Part shown: piece after piece, positions 42,261 through 53,259 of the stretch
Numbering within the stretch: position 1 is the stretch's first letter
Layout: each line of letters begins with the position of its first letter
Source: the human T2T-CHM13v2.0 reference genome, Homo sapiens
Direction: 5' to 3' (one strand)
NCBI RefSeq assembly: GCF_009914755.1
Contig: NC_060947.1
Length of the DNA stretch: 64,000 nt
The notes under the pieces: model-generated
What the model was told of the DNA's origin: nothing
Database searches by the model: none
What the model saw: only the letters and a program-made list of their open reading frames with translations
Translations under genes and position numbers: made by a program

Positions 42261-42363
42261 AGAAAACTTCAGGCCAGTATTCCTGATGAATATAGTTGCA
42301 AAAATCTTCAACAAAATACTAGCAAACTGAATCCAGCAACCCATTAAAAATCTGATCTACTGT

Positions 42364-42825
42364 TAAGGGAGGAGACCACCCCTCATATTGTCTTATGCCC
42401 AATTTCTGCCTCCAAAGAAAGAAAAAGTAAAAACTAAAAGGCAGAAATGAAATCCACAAGCAGACAGCCCGGCGCCACACCCTGGGCCTGTTAGTTAAAG
42501 ATTGACCCCTGACCTAATCGGTTATGTTATCTATAGATTACAGACATTGTATAGAAAAGCACTGTGAAAATCCCTATCCTGTTTTGTTCCGATCTAATTA
42601 CCAGTGCATGCAGCCCCCAGTCACGTATCCCCTGCTTGCTCAATGGATCACGACCCTGTCACCCACACCCCCTTAGAGTTGTGAGCCCTTAAAAGGGACA
42701 GCAATTGCTCACTCGGGAAGCTCGGCTCTTGAGACAGGAGTCTTGCCGATGCCCCTGGCCAAATAAACCCCTTCCTTCTTTAACTTGGTGTCTGAGGAGT
42801 TTTGTCTGCAGCTTGTCCTGCTACA
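42364..42825 (+). mobile_element. LTR2 (HERV-E) solo LTR
   Basis: taagggaggagaccacccctcatattgtcttatgccc...aataaacccc...gtcctgctaca closely matches LTR2. The 4-bp TSD is ctgt/ccgt. Confidence 0.92.
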
Positions 42826-43660
42826 CCGTGATTAAGTAGATTTTATTCCTGGGATGCAAGGTTGGTTCAACATATACAAATCAATAAATATGATTCATCA
42901 TATCAACAGAATTAAAAACAAAAACTACATGATCTTCTCAATAGACATAGAAAAGGCTTTTTACAAAATTCAACTTCCCTTCATGTTAAAAACTCTCGAC
43001 AAATTAGGCATCAAAGGTACGTACCTCAAAATAATAAGAGCCATATACAAGAAATCCACAGCCAACCTCATACTGAACTGGCAAAATCTGGAAGTATTGT
43101 CCTTGGGAACCAGAACAAGACAAGGATGCCCACTATCAGCGTTCTTATTTAACTCTTATTTAACATAGTACTGGAAGTCCTAGCCAGAGCAATCAGGCAA
43201 GAAAAAGCAATTAAAGACATTAAAATAGGGAAGAAAGGAAGTCAAACTATCTCTCTTCACAGACAATATGGTACTGTACCTAGAAAACCCCACAGTCTTT
43301 GCTCAAAGGCTTCTAGATTTGATAAACAATTTCAGCAAAGTTTCAGGATACAAAATTGATGCACAAAAATTAGTAGCATTTTATACACCAACAATGTCCA
43401 AGTTGAGTGCTAAATCAAGAATGCAATCCTATTCACAATAGCTACAAACACAAAAATACATAGTAATACAGCTAACCACAGAGGAGAAAGATTTCTACAG
43501 CAAGAATTACAAAACACTGCTGAAATAATTCAGAGATGACACAAGCAAATGGAAGAACATTCCATGCTCATGAATAGGTAGAATTGATATTGTTAAAATT
43601 TACATAGTGCCCAAAGCTATTTACAGATTCAATGCTATTTCTATCAAACTACCAATAACA

Positions 43661-43914
43661 TTTTTTTTTTTTTTTGAGATGGAGTCTTGCTCTGTCGCCC
43701 ACGCTGGAGTGCAGTGGCATGATCTCGGCTCACTGCAAGCTCTGCCTCCCAGGTTCATGCCATTCTCCTGCCTCAGCCTCCTGAGTAGCTGGGACTACAG
43801 GCACCTGCTACCACGCCTGGCTAATTTTTTGTATTTTTAGTAGAGACGGGGTTTCACCGTGTTAGCCAGGATGGTATCGATCTCCTGACCTCGTGATTCA
43901 CCTGCTTTGGCCTC
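43661..43914 (-). mobile_element. AluY, 5'-truncated by ~35-40 nt
   Basis: Poly-T, gcaagctctgcc, ttcatgccattctcc, gttagccaggatgg, gacctcgtgat. The TSD ccaataacatttt starts at 43652 and 43915. Confidence 0.92.
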
Positions 43915-46375
43915 CCAATAACATTTTTTAAAGGACTAGAAAATAATATTCTAAAATTCATTTGGAACAAAAAGGTAGCTCAAATAGTCAAATCAATCCT
44001 AAGCAAAAAGAACAAAGCTGGAGGCATCACACAAACTTCAAACTATCTTACAAAGCTACATTAACTAATACAGCATGATACTAGTACAAATACAGACACA
44101 TAGACCAATGTAACAAGTTAGAGAACCCGGAGATAAAGCTGCACACCTACAACCATCTGATCTCTGACAAAGTCAATAATAATAAATAATAAAGAAAGGG
44201 CTCCCTATTCAACAAGTGGTGCTGGTATAATTGGCTGGCCATATGCAGAAGATTGAAATTGGACCCCTACCTTTCATTATGTACAAAAACCAACTCAAGA
44301 TGGATTAAAAACTTAAATGTAAACTTAAAGTTATAAAGACTTTAGAAGTAAATCTAAGAAATACCATTCTCGACATCAGTGCAGGCAATGATGAAGACTC
44401 CAAAAGCAATTGCAACAAAAACAAAAATTGACAAGTTAGATTTAATTAAACTAAAGAGCTTATGCATAGCAAAAGAAATTATCAACAGAGTTAAAAACAA
44501 TGTATAGAATGGAAGAAAGTATCTGTAAACTACACATCCAACAAAGGTTTAATATCCAAAAAATCAAAAAGCAAAACCAACCCCATTTAAAAAATGGGCA
44601 AAGGACATGAACCAATACTTCTCAAAAGAAGACATATATGTGGCCAACAAGCATAAGAAAATATACTCTCCATCACTAATCATTAGAGATATGCAAATCA
44701 AAACCACAATAAGATACCATCTCATACCTGTCAGAATGGCTATTACTAAAACGTCAAAAATTAACAGATGCTGATGAAGTTGCAGAGAAAAGGAAATGCT
44801 TATACACTGTTGGTGGGAATATAAACTAGTTTAGACACTGTGAAAATCAGTCTGGAGATTTCTCAAAGAATTTAAAATAGAACTGCTATTACATCCAATG
44901 ATTTCATTACTGGGTATATACCCAAAAGAATAGAAATTATTCCATCATAAAGACACATGCACACATATGTTTATCGCAGCACTCTTCACAATAGCAAAGA
45001 CAGGGAATTAACCTAGATACCTATCAACAGTGGACTGGAATGTGGTACATATACGCCATGAAATACTACACAGCTATTTAAAAATGAGATTATCTCCTCT
45101 GCAGTAACATGGATGGAGCCAGAGGCCATAATCCTAAGCAAATTAATGCAGAAACAGAAAACCAAACACCACATGTTCTCACTTATAAGTAGGAACTAAA
45201 TATTGAGTACACATGGACACAAAGAAGGAAACAATAGCCACTGGGGCCTATTTGATGGTGGAGTGTGGGAGGAGGGTGAGGATTGCTACCCGGGTGACAA
45301 AATTATCTGTACACCAAACCTCCATGACACACAATTTACCCATATAACAGTCCTGAGCATGTACCCCTTGATCCTAAAATAAATGCATGAAGGTGGTATA
45401 AATACTTCCTAACTACCTGTCACCTATTCATGTCAGTATTTATAAGTCAACAGATGTGGTTTTCTTGTGATGCCTATAGGTTTATCAGTTAAAGTGATGG
45501 AGAGAAACCAGGCACAACTGAATGTAGAAAACCAATGTGAGGGCTTTATGTAATGTACCTAACTTTAATGTAGAGATACTAATGGATATGTGGGAACATG
45601 ATATCAGACAGTAGAGGTTCGTAACCCAAGCCTTTGTGTGGTTTGTGGATGGAAGAGAAGCAGGCACAAGAGGTAACAAAAATAAATAAATAAATGCTTT
45701 TTTCTTTATTTTTGTCTGACTGGGTTAGTTTGAAAAACCAGTCTTCAAGTTTGGAAATTCTTTCTTCTGATTGTTTGAGTCTATTAATAAACTTTTCCAC
45801 TGTATTTAGAAATTTAATAAGTGAGTTTTTCAATTCCTGAAGCTTTGATTGATTTCCTTTTAAGATGTTCATCTCTTCCTTTATTTCTTTTAGAAGTTTC
45901 TTTTGTTGATTTTCAACCTTGTCTTGGATCTCACTGAGTTCGTTGAAATTCATGCTTTGAATTCTCTTCTGAATTTCCATTTTGGTTAAGGACCATTGCT
46001 GGAGAGCTAGTGTGATCCTTTGGTGGCATCACTACATTCAGGTATTTCATGGTGCCAGAATTCTTGTGCTGGTTATTTCTCATCTGGGGACACTGGTACT
46101 TCTAATTTTCATAAATATTTCTATGGGGGTAGGATTTTTTTCTTTTTCTATATAACTTTTTTTTTTTAATTTCTTCTGTCCCTTTCCATTACCCACCCTC
46201 CCTAGCGGGTGTGATTGTAGAGAATGTTGGGTAGGGTCTTTTGATTTTTCTTCTATAGCTCTATGGGACTTCTGTCAGCAGGTTTTATATTAGGCTGTGC
46301 AGTTTGACGTACCATCCAGTAGATGGTGCTTATGAGTAAGAGCCGGCTGTAGCCAACAAGGCTTGGTATATACTT

Positions 46376-46824
46376 TAAAAAGAACAAAACACACACACAC
46401 TTTATTGAGGTATACATTGACATGAACAACACATGTAAAGCATATAGTTTACAATGTAGGTGAAAACACTGTAAACTGTATGCTTTACATGTGTTGTTCA
46501 TGTCAATGTGTACCTCAATAACATTGATGGAGTTGGAAGCCATTATCTTCAACAAAGTAACGCAGGAACAGAAAACCAAACACCGCATGTTCTCACTTAT
46601 AAGTGGGAGCTGAATGATGAGAACACATAGACACAAGGGGGGAACAACACACACTGGAGCCTGCCGGAGAATGGGTCAGGAGAGGGAGAGCATCGGGAAG
46701 AATAGCTAATGAAAGCTGGGCTTAATACCTAAATGATAGGAAGATCTGTGCAGCAAACCACCATGGCACACATCTACCTATGGAACAAACCTGCACATAT
46801 TAAAATAAAAGTTGAAGGAGAAGA
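46376..46824 (+). mobile_element. L1PA10-12-like 3' end insertion
   Basis: gggagagcatcgggaagaatagctaat...gatctgtgcagcaaaccaccatggcacac. Perfect 18-bp TSD aaggcttggtatatactt (46358-46375, 46825-46842). Confidence 0.92.
46402..46521. repeat. Inverted repeat: 56-bp arms, 8-nt loop, 3 mismatches
   Basis: Arms 46402-46457 and 46466-46521 are reverse complements at 53 of 56 positions; the loop is aggtgaaa. Confidence 0.97.
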
Positions 46825-48294
46825 AAGGCTTGGTATATACTTAATCCTTGTTTACTGGGAGGTACTCTCTTTTGCCTTTGGCAATGGTTTGATCGGCGAA
46901 GTGCACAGTGGTCTGAGCTCCCTCCTCAACCTGGGGATGATGGGGAGGAAGTTAGGCAGGGCCTGACCAGGCAAGTCCACCTACAGGCTCCCTGATGGCA
47001 GGCACACACATCAGCACCAAGGGATAATCCACTGGGCAACCACCAAGAGCCCAGAGGTGTGCCTAGGCATGAAGCTGGGAAACCTCTTTATCCCCGAGTT
47101 ATCCCCTGCATGGGGATGGCAGGCAGCCTAAACTCTTAATTTAAGAGAGTGAGTGCTACTGATGCCTGGAGATCTGCCTGGATGTCAAGAGGAGATGGCC
47201 CACTGCACCACGATCTCTGCACAGGAAGCGTGAGGCAAGTCAGGCTGCCACTCCAGGTGAACTAGTGGCTTGAATGCCTGGAGATATGCCTCAGTGTCAA
47301 ACAGAGAGGGCCCCACTACACCATGATCTATGCACAGCAAGGGCGAGACTTCTCAGGCTGCTGGATCCAGGCAATGAGGTGCTGTGAATGCCTGGAGAGC
47401 TACAAGAATGTTGAGCAGAGATGGCCTTGCTGCACCATTATCTATGCTTAAGAAGGGTAGGGCAGCACAGGCTGCTGGTCCTGGCAAGCGGGTGCTCCAA
47501 ATGCCTGAAGTTCTGCCTGAGGGTGGAGTAGAAAGGGCCCTCTCCACCTTTACCTCTAGGGAGTAGGCTGGAGCACTCAGCAATGACACACACAGACTTG
47601 TTCCAGGTCAGCAAGCTGGCCCCACATGCAAGTCTCATTGCCCAGCAGAAACTATAGCTGTGGTGGCTCCCAAACAACCTCAAGTCTGTGACAGGGGAGA
47701 ATAGAGTTCCAGCGTCCACTGCTGAGGTCCTTTTTGCAATTCTGGCTGTGGAGGCCCCTACCCTGCTCCAGAACATGTGCTCTAATTTCTGGCCTGAAAC
47801 TAAAATGCCTGAATGGCCATGCTGCCAGGTCACCAAAGAATGACTGACTTTGTATGCACCTGGATTTAGAATGGCATCCTGCTCTTGGTCCCAGATCTGG
47901 AAAAATGCCTGCAGCTTTTCCCCAGTGTCTTTCCCTCTCTGCACCTCCAATCCTCTCCTCAAGTTAGCTCCAAGGCTTGGCTGAAACAAAGTGCTCTCCC
48001 TTGATCTGGGTTGCTTAGATCTCCAGTGTAAAGGTGAGTAACAGAGAGATCTCTGCCTCTCTCTGGTACTGAGGCTTCATTCAGTTTTATCAGCTGGACA
48101 CTGTCATGGGGGCTATTTGCCACTCACATTCTTCTCCCCATTATTTGAGATTTCCTTCATGTTTCCAATGGATTCAAGTTTTCCATCTTGAATTAGAGCT
48201 TAGGTAGTTGATTTTTATGCACTGTGTTGCTATTTTCAAAGGACTGAGGCATGCTTAAAAAGCCTCTTCTTATCTGTCATCTCGAAAAAAATAG

Positions 48295-48450
48295 CTTTTA
48301 TTGCTTGTTTGACATGTTTCAGGTACTGTGTGCTTGATACTTATATCCAAAAAATATTTCATTCAATCTCTAGGCTGTGAAGTAACTTCCATTTTCCCAG
48401 TTTTATAGAGGAGAAAACAAAGGGTTAGAAAGTCTAAGTTTCCAAGCAGT
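48295..48450 (-). mobile_element. MIR SINE
   Basis: caggtactgtg...cccagttttatagaggagaaaacaaagggttagaaag. Confidence 0.55.
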
Positions 48451-49439
48451 CAATATTTATAAATAAGAAACAAAATCTCATTTAACATTCCTTTGTTTTT
48501 CTTAATAACTTTAGATCTTTTCCCTTGGTACTTTTGTTTTTGATTCTTGATTACTTGAAAGTATGTTTACTGAAGAAAATGTAATAGAGATGGCATAGTG
48601 TTTTGCAGCATTGCTTGCCAAGAGAAAGCTATCCTCTTCATTCTCTGATGAAAAGAAAAACAACTCTGAGCTACTCAATTCTCCAATCAACAATGACATT
48701 TTCTTCAGAGCTTCAATCCTTTGTGGTTTACCTTTCTCTGACCTGGGCTCCTGACTTTTCAATCTGAATGGGGGCTAATTGACAGAGGAAATGAAGAAAA
48801 TGCAAACTATGTTTGCCAACACTGAGTTTGCTCTTTGTCACCACACGCGGTTGGCTCTAAATGCAGTAATTGTAATATAAAACAGTTAGCTTTATTTACT
48901 GAACCAAAGCCTGACTTCTTCCTCACCTTGTGTAAATCCTCGTGAGCAAAATCATTGTATCCAATGAGTTCCACATGTAGAAAGCTGCGCCCATATCTCT
49001 TTCATGGACTGTTTTTTTCTTTATCCTGCTTCTGCAGTAAGAAGTTCAAAAAAATTATATCAAGATATCAGGACCTACCAGAAGAAGCCTTTTTGCTGCC
49101 TAGAGGCATCACCAGGTAGGATTTATGCTGAGAGTTATCACAGTATAGGAACAGGCAGTCACCATTTTAAGGCCAAATGTTCAATCCTATCTGTATTTAA
49201 AAGCTGGTTAGTCTCCAAAAAGCTGACTTATACTCTCCAATCTCACCAAAGACTGGCATCTAAACAAGAATGTTGGCTCATTATTTTATAATGATAACTA
49301 TAATTGTCAAAAGAATTATAATCCTCAATCCTCTGACCAGCTGATTTTCTCCCAGTCGCTTATGTGGAAAGTCAAAACATAATCAGAAATTTGCCTGGTG
49401 AGCACAGATATAGAACAAGCGGAGTAGGCTGCATGATGA

Positions 49440-49665
49440 TTTGACTGGTTAATAACATCAAGCTCTGCTTCTTCTTCTTACTAGCTAAGGGACGTTGGGT
49501 GAGCTACTTAACCTCTTGGTACTTCAGTTCCCTGATCCATAAAATGGTGATAACAAAATGCCTACTATTTTGTAAGATTGCTTTTAGGATTGAATTAGTT
49601 AATAAATTCAAAGTTCCTAGAACAGTGCCTGGCACATAACAAATCTCCAAAATGTTAGCTATTGG
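49440..49665 (+). mobile_element. MIR SINE
   Basis: cttactagct...tacttaacctct...cttcagttccctgatccataaaatgg...tagaacagtgcctggcacataac...atgttagctatt. Confidence 0.85.
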
Positions 49666-49944
49666 TTATCTTTTATAGTTCTTCTAAGGTATGTACTTAT
49701 ATATTCAGCAGCCAACTAAGCACCATCCCTTAGACTGGTCTTTCCCAAAATTTTGTATGGCATGGAACACATAGAAAATAAAAATAATTTTACAACATCC
49801 TGGGGTTAGTTGATAAGGCTGTGTGCAGCCTGAAGTGTGAGCCTGACCAGCAGAGGACTCTAGTTGCCTCAGGAAATGCCCAGCCATCCTGAGGGCTGGG
49901 AAGATAAATGTCTTCCCACTTAGTATCCCATTTGGGTCAGGAAA

Positions 49945-51385
49945 ATCTCTAACCTAGATGTCTCACCAGGAAACTCACACTCAACATATCCAACATAAAG
50001 TTATTATCTCTTTCTTAAAGCCAGAGGTATTTATTATACTCTACCTACCCAAGTATTCAAGGAAGAAACTGAAGATTTGTTTTAGATTTCTCTTTTCCTA
50101 AGCTCCCATATTTAGTCACTAAATTCTGCCTATCTTACCTACAAAACTTTTCTGATCTCTGTGCCCTTCTCTCTATCTACTGTGACCCTAGTTTAATCCT
50201 ATATCACCCTTGCTGTAATAGCTTCCTAACCTATTGTGCTGCCCCACTCTGCCCTCCTCCTCAAATCCATCCTTCACACAACTGCCATGGTGATCCAAAA
50301 TACAAATCTTTTTGTAGAGGCCTTTCAATTCCTTTGTTAGGTATATTTCTAATATATACCTATATAGAAATATAAGTATATTTCTATTTTATTTTATTTT
50401 TTTGCAGTTATTGTTAAAGGGGTTGAGTTCTTGGTTTGGTTCTCCACTTGGCTGCTGTTGGTGTATAGAAGAGCTACTGATTTGTGTACGTTAATCTTGT
50501 ATCCAGAAACTTTGCTGAATTCTTTTATCAGTTCTAGGAGCTTTCTGGATTAGTACCAATCCTTTTGACACTATTCCACACGACAGAGAAAGAGGGAATC
50601 CTCCCTAGTTCATTCTAGGAAGCCAGCATGACCCTAATACTAAAACCAGGAAAGGATATAACCAAAAAAGAAAACTACAGACTGATATCTGTAGTAAGTG
50701 TGGCGTGGTAACAAAGACTACAAGTTTGAAAATTCTTTAAAGTCTTATGTTTTGTCTTAAACTTGTTCACTGGCAATTTTCAATTGTAAATGATAATATA
50801 TATTTGTTTTGAATTAGAAATAATGTTTCAATTTATATACCATCAAGTTAAAAATTGTGCCTCAGAAATATACACCATGTTTGTCCTGTCCTTTGACACA
50901 CTTAGCACATCTTGGAAAACCCCAGTGTGAGTATTACCAAAAGATAAAGTCCAAACTTCACAGTCTGGCCTTCAGACCTTCATTATCTGGCCCCTGCTTG
51001 TCTATCCATTTCCTGACATTTTGCTCCGGGAGCACTGACTTAGGTGTAGTTCCATCACCACACCATGCTATTTCTGAACTATCGGCTAAGAAACTCTCCA
51101 TCTGGTTCTTTTCACACCCCTTCTGTTCAACCACCTGGATAATTCTAACTCTTCATTTATGTTCCTGTGCACATGTCTCATCTGTCACATCCTTCAGGAA
51201 TCCTCCCCTGCCATATCTCAGGCTGAGATAGATGCTCCTTCTTGGTGCTCTTACAGTGCTGTGGGCTTACATTGATTTTAACATTTAAACCATTGCAATG
51301 AAATTCTTCTTCTTACTGTTTTGCATTCCTAAAGAACAGATTCTGTGTATAAATCACGTACTAGGTGATCAATAAGTTTTTTTAA
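49945..51385 (+). mobile_element. L2 in two pieces (49945-50310, ~50930-51385)
   Basis: cctagatgtctcac...ctcaacatatccaa; aatccatccttcaca; gataaagtccaaactt...tggccttcagacctt. Confidence 0.65.
50311..50690. mobile_element. Two internal L1PB ORF2 fragments joined in opposite orientations (minus 50311-50549, plus 50550-50690)
   Basis: Minus: ttggtgtatagaagagctactgatttgtgtac...ttctaggagctttctgga. Plus: gtaccaatccttttgacactattccac...aaagaaaactacagac. Confidence 0.85.
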
Positions 51386-53029
51386 TATAACTGACTTTGA
51401 ATATTTTTGGCATCCATTGTGGACCATCTCCTCTTTGATTAACAAATTATTTTCATATATATAGCAATACTGTCAATCATTTTATAACTTTAAAACACAA
51501 TTGCATGTCTCTGATCAATTATGTGTTTATTGCTTACTGTATCTCTTTGAGCAAAACTCCTGAATTATTTAGACACACTCCTTCTGTAATGTATACACAT
51601 CATTCCCTTTCTGTTATATACTGGTTATTTTTTATCAAAGCCATTTATTTGATGGTCTAGTAGAAATAGAAAGAAAACAGTAATATCACAGGCAACAAAG
51701 AGAAATACTAAGTAAAGACATATCACACAAGGGTAGAGGAGAAAAGTACAAATAATAGTTTAGGAATATCAGACTAAAACTAGTTATGTCAGTGAATGGG
51801 CTAATTTTTTATACACTAGACATCTTCTGGTGATCAGTCTTGTTTGAATATCATTTCTAAAAGAGGTACTTCTATACAGTTGTCAAACTGTAAAGAGATT
51901 TCTATGTAAATACTAGATTATTGTAATGTATTTAGCCATTTGTTATACTGTTAAGACTCAATTCATATATAAATAAAGAATGATGATGGTGACGATGTTT
52001 TAAAACCAGGAACCTCAGAGCTGTCTGTTGCCTTGGAAATTTAAACTTCTTTCTTGTAGTTCTGTTTTATCTCATCTTTTAGCTGTTTGGCATGTTTGTG
52101 ATACAGAACGGATTTAAAAAAATAGGATCTCTACTCATATCTTTGAACTCTAATCTCTCTCAAATGTAATCTATATGAAAGGTATCTTAAAAATAAATCC
52201 GTGTTGTTGCCTGTAATTGAATATTAATCTGCTAATTTTAGGCTACTTCAAGTCAAAATTTTATCCACACAAACGAGATTTTTTTTCATTTATAGTGGCA
52301 TGTTGCAGAATGCCATTAAATTCATCCTCTTGCCCCTGTAGGCAACAGTTGGAAGAAATGGTCCCAGCTCAGCAGGACTTCTCAGTTTCCAAGGTATGTT
52401 ACAAGCTACATTTTTAAAGCTGGCTGGGTAATAAGATTTCTCGCATATTTATTGATTTGTAAATGCAAATTTGTGCACCATGTAATTAACATATCCTGAA
52501 ACAATAAATTAGCTCTGAGAGTTGAAAGTGGAAACATTAGGTAAATCATAGGTATTTTTATTAGGGAAAGCATCTGGAGAGTATTACTGAGGGCCTCATT
52601 TAAGAAGAAATACCATATACATTATAAATACTATTATTGTTTGCAAACATAGTCCATACTCACCTTATTTCATCATATAGTACTGTTGGTGTTTTCAAAT
52701 GACAAAGACTGACATAATGTCTTTCCAAATTTCTTTAGGGAATCGAAAATGAATACTCATAGCCATTTTAAAAGAATTTCAAATCATCAGTTTCCCCCCC
52801 GACACTCTGATTTTTTGTAGAGGATGAAAGGTGGGAAGAATGGGTGGCGTATCACATGTTCTTCATAAATGAGAATATTTGGGAGCTCAGTGGCAGCTTT
52901 CATTAGCCTGTGCATTAATTAAGAATATGATCAGATACAAGTTACAAAAAAAAAAACAAAAACAACAACAACAAAAAACAACCAATGAGGCTTAGAAAAT
53001 AATGGTTTATTTTTTGCATAAAAACAAAC

Positions 53030-53240
53030 TTAATAGTTAACAATAATCTACTGCATAGTTTCAAATGCCTAGAAGGAGAATATTGAATGTTCCCAACACA
53101 ATGAAATTATAAAAATTTGAGATGGTGGATATGCTCATTATCCTGATCTCATCACTATCCATGACGTATATCAAAACATCACTATGTACTTCCTAAATAT
53201 ATACAATTATAATATGTCAATTTAAAAATAAATCTTTAAA
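53030..53240 (+). mobile_element. L1MA-type 3' end
   Basis: ttgaatgttcccaacacaatgaaat...tgagatggtggatatgct...aacatcactatgtac...tgtcaatttaaaaataaa. Confidence 0.8.
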
Positions 53241-53259
53241 ATTAGGTTTTTCCAAGATT

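Larger units (their letters stand above)
38031..45385 (+). mobile_element. L1PA15/16 (L1P4-type) element with monomeric 5'UTR, internal deletion and three nested insertions
   Basis: Repeated 5'UTR units, ORF1 from ~39858 (atgagaaagcaccagtgc), a jump to ORF2 at ~40866, ORF2 peptides ([12 protein letters not shown]), and 3'UTR gggtgacaaaattatctgtacaccaaacctccatgacac...cctaaaataaa. Confidence 0.88.
45697..48285 (-). mobile_element. L1M1/L1MA-type 5'UTR plus ORF1 coiled-coil (5' portion only)
   Basis: The track ORF 45579-45980 is ORF1-like (EIQDKVENQ...INRLKQSEERISKLEDW). The 5'UTR has ~113-bp repeats. It is homologous to 53260-54852. Confidence 0.75.

Noticed and set aside
47438-47989. 183-aa ORF with an apparent paralog at 53285-53686
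   Set aside because: The similarity is explained by two copies of the same L1M 5'UTR; starts and stops are not conserved.
48511-48762. 83-aa Ser/Glu-rich minus-strand ORF
   Set aside because: Non-ATG start, no homology recognised and no exon boundaries.
52455-52470. ATGCAAAT octamer as an OCT-SOX enhancer
   Set aside because: Spacing to the TTTGT half-site is non-canonical, and such 8-mers are expected by chance in AT-rich DNA.
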